Part shown: piece by piece, positions 1-8,643 of the stretch
Position numbering within the stretch: the stretch's first letter is position 1
Layout of the letters: each line of letters begins with the position of its first letter
Source: Terriglobia bacterium
Lineage (GTDB): Bacteria; Acidobacteriota; Vicinamibacteria; Vicinamibacterales; CAVVIG01
Direction: 5' to 3'
NCBI GenBank assembly: GCA_020073005.1
Contig: JAIQFX010000027.1
Span: forward strand, 120 to 64,119
Length of the DNA: 64,000 nt
Made by a program: the position numbers and the translations under genes
The notes under the pieces: model-generated
Database searches by the model: none
What the model saw: only the letters and a program-made list of their open reading frames with translations
What the model was told of the DNA's origin: nothing

Positions 1-1
1 G

Positions 2-247
2 TCGGTCGCCGCAATGCTGGAAGAGGCTCGCGCGGCTGAGAGCGATCGCGATTTCATTTCAAAATGCAGCATCGGACTGAAAGAAGCACGTGAAGCCCAC
101 GTCAGGCTTCGCCTTCATGAAGCCTGTCGCATCGGGCCAGCCCCGGAAGCGGTGGCGCTTCGGGAGGAAGCCAACGCTCTGGTGTCAATCATCGGGACCA
201 TCGTCCGGAATAAGCGTGCGAACATGGCCCTAATTCTTCATTCCTAA
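2..247 (+). CDS. four-helix-bundle protein (TIGR02436 / 23S rRNA intervening-sequence protein family), 5'-truncated by window edge
   Basis: Frame is open from the window edge to TAA 245-247. 'DFISKCSIGLKEAREAHVRLRL' resembles the conserved F-I-x-K-L-x-I-A-x-K-E-x-x-E helix of the family. The ORF ends inside a TAATTCY array. Confidence 0.55.
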   Translation, partial: SVAAMLEEARAAESDRDFISKCSIGLKEAREAHVRLRLHEACRIGPAPEAVALREEANALVSIIGTIVRNKRANMALILHS

Positions 248-250
248 TTC
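231..250. repeat. TAATTCY heptamer array (single arm at end of four-helix-bundle gene)
   Basis: taattcttcattcctaattc; it contains the TAA stop of the upstream ORF. Confidence 0.7.
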
Positions 251-257
251 GACCGCC

Positions 258-1151
258 CTACTGCGGCTTCGCCGTTCCCGGTGTCGCCGACCGGCGCACG
301 GCGCTGATCGCGACGGCGAGCGCGGTCTTGGCCGCGATGCCGGTGTAGACCAGCGCGCGCTCGACGGCGCCCGCCGCCGGCGCGCGGTGCTTGCGGTAGA
401 AGATCCACATCGCGCGGTGCCACTCGATCGTCGCGTTCACGCGCATCGTGCCCGTGCCGCCCTGGCCGCCGAAGTGCGTGATGACCGCCTGCGGATAGTA
501 GACGACCTTCCAGCCCGCCAGCTTCGTCCGCCAGCAGAAGTCCATGTCTTCGCCGTAGAGGAAGTAGTCCTCGTCGAAGCCGTGCACTGTCTCCAGCACC
601 GATCGCCGCACCAGCAGACACGCGCCTGACACGGAGTCGACCTCGGTCGTCGCGTTCTCGTCGGCCGCGGTCATCAGGTAGCCCGCCACGTTCGGATTCT
701 TCGGAAAGAGCTTCGCGACGCCGGTGAAGTAGAGGAGCGCCGCCATCGGCGTGGGAATCCGGCGCCGGCACTGCTGCTGCAGCGATCCGTCGCCGCTGAG
801 CACTTTCGGTCCGACGATGCCGGTGTCGGGATGCGCGTCGAGGTAGCCGATCAGCGCGTCGAGCGCGCCCGCGTGCATCCACGTGTCGTTGTTGAGGACG
901 AGGATGTACTCGCCCTTCGACGCCTTCAGGCCGGCGTTGACGGTCCTGCCGAATCCAAGATTCTTCTCGTTCGAGAAGACACGCACGTCCGGGAATGTGT
1001 CGCGCACGATCGCGACCGTGTCGTCGCTGGACGTGTCGTCGACCGCGATGACCTCGTAGTCGGCCGTGGGCCGGTGCGCGCGGATCGAATCGAGGCACTG
1101 CGCGATCCACTCGTGCGCGTTGTACGTCGGAATGACGATGGAGAGTTTCAC
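258..1151 (-). CDS. family 2 glycosyltransferase
   Basis: N-terminal 'LSIVIPTYN', 'VDDTSSDDT' and 'YGEDMDF' (DxD) motifs typical of GT2. 297 aa. Confidence 0.85.
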   Translation of the reverse strand: MKLSIVIPTYNAHEWIAQCLDSIRAHRPTADYEVIAVDDTSSDDTVAIVRDTFPDVRVFSNEKNLGFGRTVNAGLKASKGEYILVLNNDTWMHAGALDALIGYLDAHPDTGIVGPKVLSGDGSLQQQCRRRIPTPMAALLYFTGVAKLFPKNPNVAGYLMTAADENATTEVDSVSGACLLVRRSVLETVHGFDEDYFLYGEDMDFCWRTKLAGWKVVYYPQAVITHFGGQGGTGTMRVNATIEWHRAMWIFYRKHRAPAAGAVERALVYTGIAAKTALAVAISAVRRSATPGTAKPQ

Positions 1152-1156
1152 GAGGG

Positions 1157-1242
1157 CTAATTAAGAATGAAGAATCATGAATTATGAAAGGGACGCCTGC
1201 GAGCGTTCGTCATTCTTAATTCCTAATTCTCCATTCTTAATT
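1157..1242. repeat. inverted pair of TAATTCY/GAATTAR heptamer arrays (long imperfect hairpin) filling an intercistronic gap
   Basis: Left arm is ctaattaagaatgaagaatcatgaattatgaa. Right arm is cattcttaattcctaattctccattcttaatt. It lies between the PGT stop (1253) and the GT2 start (1151). Confidence 0.8.
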
Positions 1243-1252
1243 GGACCGTTCC

Positions 1253-2632
1253 CTATCTTCCCCGGGCTCCGACCAGTGTTCTTGTCGTCCTGAGGAGTAT
1301 CGCGAGGTCGAGCAGGAACGACGCGTTCTTCACGTAGAAGAGATCGTACTCGAGCTTTTCGCGCGTCTGCTCGCGCGACGCGGCGTAGTCGTAGTGGATC
1401 TGGCCCCAGCCGGTGATGCCGGGCCGCAGGCCGTGCCGCTGGTTGTACATCGGCACGGCGGTGAGGAACTCGTTGACGAACACGCTGCGCTCGGGCCGCG
1501 GGCCGACGAGGCTCATGTCGCCCTTGATGACGTTGATCAGCTGCGGCAGCTCATCGAGCCGCCAGCGGCGCAGCCAGCGCCCGAGTCCGGTGACGCGCGG
1601 ATCGTCCTCGCTCGCCCACACCGGACCCGACGCGTCCTCCGCGCCCTCGACCATCGACCGGAACTTCACGACGTGGAACGGCCGGTTGTGCAGGCCGATC
1701 CGCTCCTGCGTGTAGAGCACCGGCCCCGTGCTCGTCATCCGGATCAACAGCGCGATGAGCAGCAGCAGTGGCGACAGGACGATCAGCAGCACGCTCGCGA
1801 GCACGAAATCGACGAGCCGCTTGAGGCTCGTCACGTACAGCGACGACCGGCCCATCAATCCCCACAGCAGCCACATCTCCGTGATCTGATCGCAGGGAAT
1901 GCGATTGAGGAAGCGCTCGCAGACGCTGGCGAGATCGACGATCTCCACGCCGCGGTTGCGCGCGGCGATGAGCGCCTGCAGGTACCGGTTCCAGCACTCC
2001 ATGCTGCTGCTGACGATGACGGTGTCGACCTTGCGGCTGGCGATCAGCTCGGCCAGATCCGATCCGTCGCCGAGCCACGGCGCGGTGTTGGGCGCGCTCA
2101 TGTCGCGGGCGGGCGCGACGTAGCCCTGAATCTGATAGACCGCGCCGGCCGCGCGCTTCAGCTCGCCGAGCAAGGCCGCGCCGACGTCGCCCGAGGTCAC
2201 GACGATCGCCTGGCGCTTGAAGAAATCGGCGCCGACGAGCGCGTAGACGAAGCGCCCGGCCATCGCGATGCCCGCGAAGATCGCGACGTTCAGGACGAAC
2301 ACGCCGCGGCCGACCGCGGGCTCGGTGCGGAAGAAGAAGATCAGCAGCTCCGCCAGCCCGGCGAGCAGGTAACACCCGGCGAGCTTGCGCAGCTCGATCC
2401 AGCTCGCGTACCGGCGGCGCGGATCGTAGGTCTCGAACAGGATGCCGGCGATGAAGAACACCGCCGCGTGGATCGCCAGCACGTTCCAATACTTAACGAG
2501 CTGGTCGTTCACCCAATACGATCCGAACCGCAGCGTGAAAGCGAGCTGCCACCCGGCCCACAACGCCACCAGATCGAGCGCGACGAGCGCGATCGTTCGC
2601 ATCGACATCTGCGTGCGAGGCGTGGGGATCAT
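1253..2632 (-). CDS. undecaprenyl-phosphate sugar phosphotransferase (initiating polyprenyl glycosylphosphotransferase, 'bacterial sugar transferase' family)
   Basis: C-terminal 'LVGPRPERSVFV', 'RPGITGWGQI' and 'KLEYDLFYVKN', with N-terminal TM helices. Start ATG 2632 forms an ATGA overlap with the upstream stop. The longer 737-aa ORF N-terminus is Arg-rich junk overlapping the neighbouring gene. Confidence 0.85.
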   Translation of the reverse strand: MIPTPRTQMSMRTIALVALDLVALWAGWQLAFTLRFGSYWVNDQLVKYWNVLAIHAAVFFIAGILFETYDPRRRYASWIELRKLAGCYLLAGLAELLIFFFRTEPAVGRGVFVLNVAIFAGIAMAGRFVYALVGADFFKRQAIVVTSGDVGAALLGELKRAAGAVYQIQGYVAPARDMSAPNTAPWLGDGSDLAELIASRKVDTVIVSSSMECWNRYLQALIAARNRGVEIVDLASVCERFLNRIPCDQITEMWLLWGLMGRSSLYVTSLKRLVDFVLASVLLIVLSPLLLLIALLIRMTSTGPVLYTQERIGLHNRPFHVVKFRSMVEGAEDASGPVWASEDDPRVTGLGRWLRRWRLDELPQLINVIKGDMSLVGPRPERSVFVNEFLTAVPMYNQRHGLRPGITGWGQIHYDYAASREQTREKLEYDLFYVKNASFLLDLAILLRTTRTLVGARGR

Positions 2633-4014
2633 AGGGCGGGTGGGGGAGCTGGGGCGGGTAAGGCAGGTGGGGAGACAGCCGCCTGCCACGCGTCCGCCGA
2701 GACGCGCGTGCCGGCCGCGATCACCATCCAGAACATGCCCATGATTTTGTACGAGACGAACGCGTCGACGAGCACGGCGCTGACCGACGTGGCCACCACG
2801 GCGAGCGCCGCTCCATACACGATAGCACGCGGCAGCGGCCCCGCACTGTGAGGAGTGCGGCGCGCGGCGCGGACGAGCATCCACAGCAGCGCCGCGAGAA
2901 GGACGATGAAGGTCACGAATCCGGCGACGCCCGTGTCCGCCAGCACGCGGACGTACCAGCCGTCGGGCGAGGCGGGCAGATCGTACTGGCGGACGTACGC
3001 GAGGTAGCCGCCGAGGCCGTCGCCGAGGAAGGGCCGCGCGAGCCAGTGATCGAACGCGAGCCGCCAGTTCTTCGCGCGCAGCGCCAGGCTCGGATCGGTC
3101 GCGATCGCCTGCCGGATGACGTCGGGATCGAGCGTCGTCGCGAGCGACACGACGCCGTGCACGAGCGTCAGCATCTTCTTCGACGTGATCACGTACGGCG
3201 CCGCGGCCGCGGCGACGCCCATCGTCAACAGCGTTCGCCACCGCGCGTGCCAGACGAGATCGATCGCGACGATCAGCACCAGCCCGAGCAGCGACGCGCG
3301 CGACTCGGAATTCGCCGTCACGATCGCGCCGGCCGCGAGCGCCAGCGTCGTCAACGGACCGCGGCTGCCGCCGGCGCTCCACAGCGCGTACATCAGGATC
3401 GTCGCGAGCATCATGTAGCCGCCGAAGTCGTACGAGGCCGAGAACGTCGGATAGAGCGTCGCCCACGGCGTGGGCGGTCCGGCGGCGGGCGCGTGCGTCC
3501 AGTGCTGCGCGAGCCAGATCGCGCAGATCAGCAGCAGTGCGGTGCGCGCGACCTCGACGAAGCGATTGAATTCGTCCGGCGCGAGCGCGCTATAGAAGAA
3601 GTAGTAGAGCAGGCCGTACTGGACGAGACGGCCCGCGTGAAACACGCCCGTCAGCGGCTCAGTCGACAGCGCGGCCACGCCGATCAACGTGCACGCGATC
3701 GCGACGCCCCAGTAGATCAATAGAAAGAATGTCGCGGGCGAGGGAGGCGCCGTGGCGTCCCCCGGATTCGTGGTGTCCGGCTTCAGCCGGATCCCGGGCC
3801 GGACCCTGAAGAACTTCCGCGCCCACCAGATCAGCACGAGCGCGAGCACGACATCGTCGACGCGGATCGGCGTCGTGTTGCCCGGCACGGCGGCGAGCGG
3901 CACCTTCGGCATCAGCGCGATGAACAGGACGAGAAACGCCCAGACGCGCGGCACGCGCCGGAGTTGGTAGGCCGAAACAACGACGCACGCGGCGATGATG
4001 ACGATGGGCGACAT
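2629..4014 (-). CDS. O-antigen ligase / Wzy-like polymerase family membrane protein
   Basis: About 10-12 hydrophobic helices in a polysaccharide locus. It carries an in-frame hairpin-repeat insertion ('RLKPDTTNPGDATAP'). Confidence 0.6.
   Translation of the reverse strand: MSPIVIIAACVVVSAYQLRRVPRVWAFLVLFIALMPKVPLAAVPGNTTPIRVDDVVLALVLIWWARKFFRVRPGIRLKPDTTNPGDATAPPSPATFFLLIYWGVAIACTLIGVAALSTEPLTGVFHAGRLVQYGLLYYFFYSALAPDEFNRFVEVARTALLLICAIWLAQHWTHAPAAGPPTPWATLYPTFSASYDFGGYMMLATILMYALWSAGGSRGPLTTLALAAGAIVTANSESRASLLGLVLIVAIDLVWHARWRTLLTMGVAAAAAPYVITSKKMLTLVHGVVSLATTLDPDVIRQAIATDPSLALRAKNWRLAFDHWLARPFLGDGLGGYLAYVRQYDLPASPDGWYVRVLADTGVAGFVTFIVLLAALLWMLVRAARRTPHSAGPLPRAIVYGAALAVVATSVSAVLVDAFVSYKIMGMFWMVIAAGTRVSADAWQAAVSPPALPAPAPPPAL
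3751..3805. repeat. CGTGG-GTCCGGCTTCAGCCGGAY hairpin unit inserted in-frame in the Wzy-like CDS
   Basis: cgtggcgtcccccggattcgtggtgtccggcttcagccggatcccgggccggacc. The same unit occurs at 29197, 30813-30873 and 56909. Confidence 0.75.
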
Positions 4015-4015
4015 G

Positions 4016-4118
4016 GAAATTATGAATTGGGAATTAGGAATTAAGAATGGAATCCCTGACTGTCTTCTCGCTAATTCTGAATTCTGAATTCTTAATTCTT
4101 AATTCCTAATTCCTAATT
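4016..4118. repeat. inverted pair of TAATTCY heptamer arrays
   Basis: Left arm is gaaattatgaattgggaattaggaattaagaatggaat. Right arm is ctaattctgaattctgaattcttaattcttaattcctaattcctaatt. It spans from the Wzy-like start (4014) into the last codons and TAG (4106-4108) of the Wzz-like gene. Confidence 0.8.
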
Positions 4119-4795
4119 ACCTGCCGCGCCGCGACGAACGCCGTCGCCATCAGAACACCGAGTCCCAACCCGACGGCGAGATTTACAGCGCGGCGCGGAT
4201 AGCCCGGCGCCGCCGGAAGCGCCGGTGGATCGACGACGACGACGCGTCGATGGACCGCGGGCGCGATGACCTCGGCTTCGTCGCGGCGGTTCGCCTCCAG
4301 CCCGCGCGCGACGATCGCCTCGGCGAGTTTCAGCGCGGCGTCCGGAGCCGGTTGCCACACGGTCAGCCGCACGAGATCCGCGCCGTCGATCGCATCGGCG
4401 GTCACCCACGCGGCCGCCTGTCTGTCGTCGAGCGATTGGCCCGCGGACAGCAGACCAGCATCGCGCGCGGCGAGCGTCACGAGGCCCGGCGCGGCGAGGC
4501 GCGGCGCCCAGCGGCCGGGCCCGCTCTGCCGCAGCGGATCGTTCTCATCGTAGAGGCGTCCGTCGGCGCCGATCTTCGGCTGATGTGTGCGCAGGAATTC
4601 GGCGACGACCTCCGGCGGCGGCCGGACGCTGAGGAGCGCGCGCGACGCGTAGAGCGGCGTCTGCAGCGCGGTGACGATCGCCGCGATCGCCACGCATGCC
4701 GCGACGATGATCAGGATTGGGAGTCGCGCAGTCCAGAGGAGTCGAAGGTACCACCCGGCCGGAGAGCGCGGCCGGTCCGTGGCAGCGTCGGTCAC
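4106..4795 (-). CDS. polysaccharide chain-length determinant (Wzz/PCP-like) protein
   Basis: N-terminal TM 'LPILIIVAACVAIAAIV' followed by 'LQTPLYASRALLSV', plus a C-terminal TM. GTG 4795 makes a GTGA overlap with the pseB stop. The start is inferred. Confidence 0.5.
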   Translation of the reverse strand: MTDAATDRPRSPAGWYLRLLWTARLPILIIVAACVAIAAIVTALQTPLYASRALLSVRPPPEVVAEFLRTHQPKIGADGRLYDENDPLRQSGPGRWAPRLAAPGLVTLAARDAGLLSAGQSLDDRQAAAWVTADAIDGADLVRLTVWQPAPDAALKLAEAIVARGLEANRRDEAEVIAPAVHRRVVVVDPPALPAAPGYPRRAVNLAVGLGLGVLMATAFVAARQVIRN

Positions 4796-5853
4796 ACGCG
4801 TGGGGCCGCCGGCTGGCCCGCGATGTCTCGCAGTTCGTCCATGCTCAGCCAGTGGTCGTTCGTGTCGCTCGCGTACGTGAAGTTCTCCGCCACCGGCCGG
4901 CCGCCGTTCGAGCGATAGTCGGCCAGCGTCCACTCGTGAAACGCGGGCGTGATCACGTAGTGCGTGTCGAACTCGAACGTGTAGCGCCACTCGTCGGCGG
5001 GAATCATCACTTCATGGAGCTTCTCGCCTGGGCGGATGCCGACGATGTCCAGCCGGCACTCGGGCGCGATCGCGCGCGCGAGGTCGATGGTCTTCATGCT
5101 CGGGATCTTCGGCACGAAGATCTCGCCGCCGCGCATCCAGTCGAGCGCCGCGAGGACCAGCGTCGCGCCCTGATCGAGCGTGATCCAGAACCGCGTCATG
5201 TCGGGATGCGTGATCGGCAGCACGCCCGACGCCCGCTTGGCCTGAAAGAACGGGATCACGCTCCCGCGGCTGCCGACGACGTTGCCGTAGCGCACGCAGG
5301 CGAAGCGCGTGCCGTGGCCACCGCCGTAGGAATTCGCGGCGACGAAGAGTTTGTCGGCGCAGAGCTTGGTCGCGCCGTAGAGATTGAGCGGATTCGCGGC
5401 CTTGTCCGTGCTGAGCGCGACGACGGTCTTCACGCCGGCATCGAGCGCGACCTCGATGATGTTCTGCGCGCCGATGACGTTGGTCTTGATGACCTCGAAC
5501 GGGTTGTATTCCGCCGCCGGCACCTGCTTGAGCGCGGCCGCGTGAACGACGATGTCCACGCCCTGAAACGCGCGGTGCAGCCGGTCGCGATCGCGCACGT
5601 CGCCGAGGAAGAAGCGCAGGCGCGGGTCGTCATTGAAGTGCTGCGCCATCTCGTTCTGCTTCATCTCGTCGCGGCTCAGGATGGCCAGCCGCTTCGGATT
5701 GGCGTGAGCGAGCGCGATTTCGCTGAACCGGCGGCCGAACGAGCCGGTGCCGCCGGTGACGAGCACCGACTTTCCTTCGAAGCAATTCGTGGCGATGCGG
5801 CGGGAGTCGAGCGACCCGCAGTACGTACGACGAACGGGGTTGGATTCAGTCAA
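4792..5853 (-). CDS. pseB: UDP-N-acetylglucosamine 4,6-dehydratase (inverting)
   Basis: 'VLVTGGTGSFG', 'LSTDKAANPLNLYGATK', 'RYGNVVGSRGSVIPFF' and 'MTRFWITL' are characteristic of PseB/FlaA1. Confidence 0.85.
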   Translation of the reverse strand: MTESNPVRRTYCGSLDSRRIATNCFEGKSVLVTGGTGSFGRRFSEIALAHANPKRLAILSRDEMKQNEMAQHFNDDPRLRFFLGDVRDRDRLHRAFQGVDIVVHAAALKQVPAAEYNPFEVIKTNVIGAQNIIEVALDAGVKTVVALSTDKAANPLNLYGATKLCADKLFVAANSYGGGHGTRFACVRYGNVVGSRGSVIPFFQAKRASGVLPITHPDMTRFWITLDQGATLVLAALDWMRGGEIFVPKIPSMKTIDLARAIAPECRLDIVGIRPGEKLHEVMIPADEWRYTFEFDTHYVITPAFHEWTLADYRSNGGRPVAENFTYASDTNDHWLSMDELRDIAGQPAAPRV

Positions 5854-5899
5854 GATCTTGTAGCATCGAGGGTTAGCGCGCCGGAGTGACTAGAAAATT

Positions 5900-7429
5900 T
5901 TAGTGGCCGGCGTCCACGCTGTCAACCCGAACACGGCCGACGGCCCGGAGCAGCAAGGGGACCGCCAGCGCGCCGGCGGCGAGGAGCCGCCAGCCGCCGA
6001 CAACCGCAATCGCCACCGGTCCGGGCGGGACGAAGCGGTCGATCGCCAGAACCATCCCGACGCCGGCGGCGGCCGTGACCGCGACGGCCGCGATGCGGCG
6101 CGCGATGATGCCCGCGCCGGCGAAGTGACTGAAGGCGTACGCGTTGATCGCGACGAACTCCGCGACGCACGCGATCGAGACGCCCGCGGCCACGCCGGCG
6201 AGGCCGTCGCCGGCGCCGATGTACGCGGCGCCGAGCGCGAGCAGCATTGCGGGCACGCTGATGAAGAGCGCGCGCACCTGCTTGTGCACCGTGAGCAGGA
6301 ACTGCGCGGCCGGCGGCGTGAGGCACAGGAAGTACGTGCCGACGAGCAGGATGCGAAGCGGCGGCACCGTCTCGATGTACTTCGGGAAGAACGCGGCGAT
6401 CGCCGGCGGGAGCGCGGCGTAAAGGACGATGATCGCCGCCAGCAGGACGTCGGCGAGCACGAGCAGCTGCACCTCGACGAACCGCCGCAGCGACTGCACG
6501 CTGTCGGTCGTCGCGAATCGCTCCTGGAACCTCGGGTACATCACCGTCGAGAGCACGTTCGGGATGGAGAAGAGGCCGGAGCAGACGATCGACGTCAGGC
6601 TGTAGACGCCGAGCGCGGTCGGTCCGAGCCGCGCCAGGATCATCATCTGATCGGCGCCGCGCAGCGTTTCGAACGCGACGGCACCGGCGACCATCGGCAC
6701 GCCGGCCGCGATGAGCGGCGGCAGCAGCGCCGCGTCGAACGCGCGCGAGAAGGGCTCGCGCAGTCCCGCGTGGAGCACGATCGCGAGCAGCAGCGCCGCC
6801 GCGAGCTCGACCGCGAGCACGCCGGGCAGCCCGAATCCGTACGCGCCGGCCACGAGCAGCACGGCCTTGATCACGTTGCTGCCGCCCTGGCGCGCGCTCA
6901 GCTCGCCGAACCGCTTCCGCGCCCGGTACAGCACGACGTAGTACGTCGCCGCGAGCTGCGCCCAGAGAATCGGCGCGTACAGCAGCATGCCGGCGAACGT
7001 CTGCGCTTCGACGCGCGATCGCAGCGCGATTGCGGCGACGGCCAGCGCCAGCGCGAGCGTCACGCCGACGCCGTGGACGAACCAGAACAGCGTGTGCTTG
7101 AGCGCGTCGAAGTCGCGCTCGCGTTTCGCGCCGAGCAGGAACGGCAGCTCGCGCTCGGCCGCGGTGAGCGCGCCGAAATGCCCGTACGTGCCGACGTAGG
7201 TCGGCAGCAGCTCGAGGCCGGTCCAGATGCCGGTGAGGTACGGACCGAGAGAGCGGCGCAGCACGAGCGCCGTGCTGAGCAGGAGGACGAGCGACACGCT
7301 GTTGAGGCCGGAGTACGTGAAGTCGCGCGCGACCGACACGTGCTCGTGATGGCGCACGCCGAGCCGCGCGAGGAGGCGATTCACCTGATAAACTATACCG
7401 TCCCTTGCCTGAGGATCTGAAAACCGCAC
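5900..7429 (-). CDS. oligosaccharide flippase (Wzx / MOP superfamily)
   Basis: About 12-14 TM helices in a polysaccharide locus. The 5' end overlaps the divergent pseC start, so the true start is probably downstream of 7429. Confidence 0.6.
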   Translation of the reverse strand: MRFSDPQARDGIVYQVNRLLARLGVRHHEHVSVARDFTYSGLNSVSLVLLLSTALVLRRSLGPYLTGIWTGLELLPTYVGTYGHFGALTAAERELPFLLGAKRERDFDALKHTLFWFVHGVGVTLALALAVAAIALRSRVEAQTFAGMLLYAPILWAQLAATYYVVLYRARKRFGELSARQGGSNVIKAVLLVAGAYGFGLPGVLAVELAAALLLAIVLHAGLREPFSRAFDAALLPPLIAAGVPMVAGAVAFETLRGADQMMILARLGPTALGVYSLTSIVCSGLFSIPNVLSTVMYPRFQERFATTDSVQSLRRFVEVQLLVLADVLLAAIIVLYAALPPAIAAFFPKYIETVPPLRILLVGTYFLCLTPPAAQFLLTVHKQVRALFISVPAMLLALGAAYIGAGDGLAGVAAGVSIACVAEFVAINAYAFSHFAGAGIIARRIAAVAVTAAAGVGMVLAIDRFVPPGPVAIAVVGGWRLLAAGALAVPLLLRAVGRVRVDSVDAGH

Positions 7430-8643
7430 AGCTCGCCCTGCACGGCGGCGCGCCCGTCCGCGCCACGCTCCTGCCGTACGGCCGCCACGAGATCGACGAG
7501 GACGATGTCGCCGCGGTCGCGCGCGTGCTGCGGTCGGACTGGCTGACGGGCGGACCGGCGGTCGGCGAGTTCGAAGCGGCGTTCGCGCGGGCCGTCGGCG
7601 CGCCCGACGCGGTCGCCGTCAGCAACGGCACCGCGGCGCTGCACGCGGCGATGTTCGCGATCGGCATCGGGCCCGGCGACGAAGTGATCGTCCCGCCGAT
7701 GACGTTCGCGGCGTCGGCGAACGCCGCCGTCTATCAGGGCGGGACGCCGGTCTTCGCGGACGTCGGCGCGGACACGCTGCTGATCGATCCGGCGCGGGTC
7801 GCGGAGAAGATGACCGCGCGGACCAGAGCGATCGTCGCCGTGGACTACACGGGCCAGCCGTGCGACTACGACGCGCTCCGCCGGCTGACGGCGACCCGGC
7901 CGGACGTCACGATCGTCGCCGACGCGTGTCACGCGCTCGGCGCGCGCGATCGCGATCGGCGCGTGGGCACGCTGGCCGATCTCAGCGTGTTCAGCCTGCA
8001 TCCGGTCAAGCACGTCACGACGGGCGAGGGCGGCGTCGTGACGACGGCGGATCCCGCGCTCGCGGGGCGGATGCGCATGTTCCGCAACCACGGCATCACC
8101 GTCGATCAGACGCAGCGCGGCGCGCGGGCGTCGTGGCTGTACGAGATCGTCGAGCTCGGCCACAACTACCGGCTCACGGACATCCAGTGCGCGCTCGGGC
8201 TCAGCCAGCTCGGCAAGCTGGCCGCGCGCGTCGCGCGCCGCCAGGCCATCGCGCAGGAGTACACGCGGGCGTTCGCCTCGCTTCCGGAAGTGCGGCCGCT
8301 GGCCGTGCGCGCGGACGCGAGCCACGCGTACCATCTCTTCGTGGTCCGCGTGGACACGGCGCGGCTGTCGGCGGATCGCGCGACGATCTTCGCCGCGCTG
8401 CGGCGCGAGAACATCGGCGTCAACGTCCACTACATCCCCGTGCACTACCATCCGTTCTACCGCCGGCGCTTCGGGTTCGGGCCCGGCCTCTGTCCGGTGG
8501 CCGAAGCCGCGTACGAGCAGATCCTCACGCTGCCGATGTTCCCGGCGATGACCGCGCGCGACGTGCAGGATGTCGTCGACGCCGTGACCAAGGTCGTGGA
8601 GGCGTTCAGACGCGACGACGAGGCCCCGCGACGCCGATCATGA
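7405..8643 (+). CDS. pseC: DegT/DnrJ/EryC1 aminotransferase, UDP-4-amino-4,6-dideoxy-N-acetyl-beta-L-altrosamine transaminase-like
   Basis: 'LPYGRHEIDEDD', 'VSNGTAALH' and 'FSLHPVKHVTTGEGG' (PLP lysine). TTG start. Confidence 0.8.
   Translation: MPEDLKTAQLALHGGAPVRATLLPYGRHEIDEDDVAAVARVLRSDWLTGGPAVGEFEAAFARAVGAPDAVAVSNGTAALHAAMFAIGIGPGDEVIVPPMTFAASANAAVYQGGTPVFADVGADTLLIDPARVAEKMTARTRAIVAVDYTGQPCDYDALRRLTATRPDVTIVADACHALGARDRDRRVGTLADLSVFSLHPVKHVTTGEGGVVTTADPALAGRMRMFRNHGITVDQTQRGARASWLYEIVELGHNYRLTDIQCALGLSQLGKLAARVARRQAIAQEYTRAFASLPEVRPLAVRADASHAYHLFVVRVDTARLSADRATIFAALRRENIGVNVHYIPVHYHPFYRRRFGFGPGLCPVAEAAYEQILTLPMFPAMTARDVQDVVDAVTKVVEAFRRDDEAPRRRS

Noticed and set aside
244-1110. 288-aa ORF (and many similar ones, e.g. 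1241-2851, 5903-7420, 5922-7667, 7393-8451, 8457-9641, 9643-10833, 11420-12622) overlapping homology-supported genes
   Set aside because: The translations are dominated by Arg/Ala/Gly/Pro/Asp runs with no motifs. They lie antisense or out of frame to genes with clear family signatures. Long spurious ORFs are expected in high-GC DNA.
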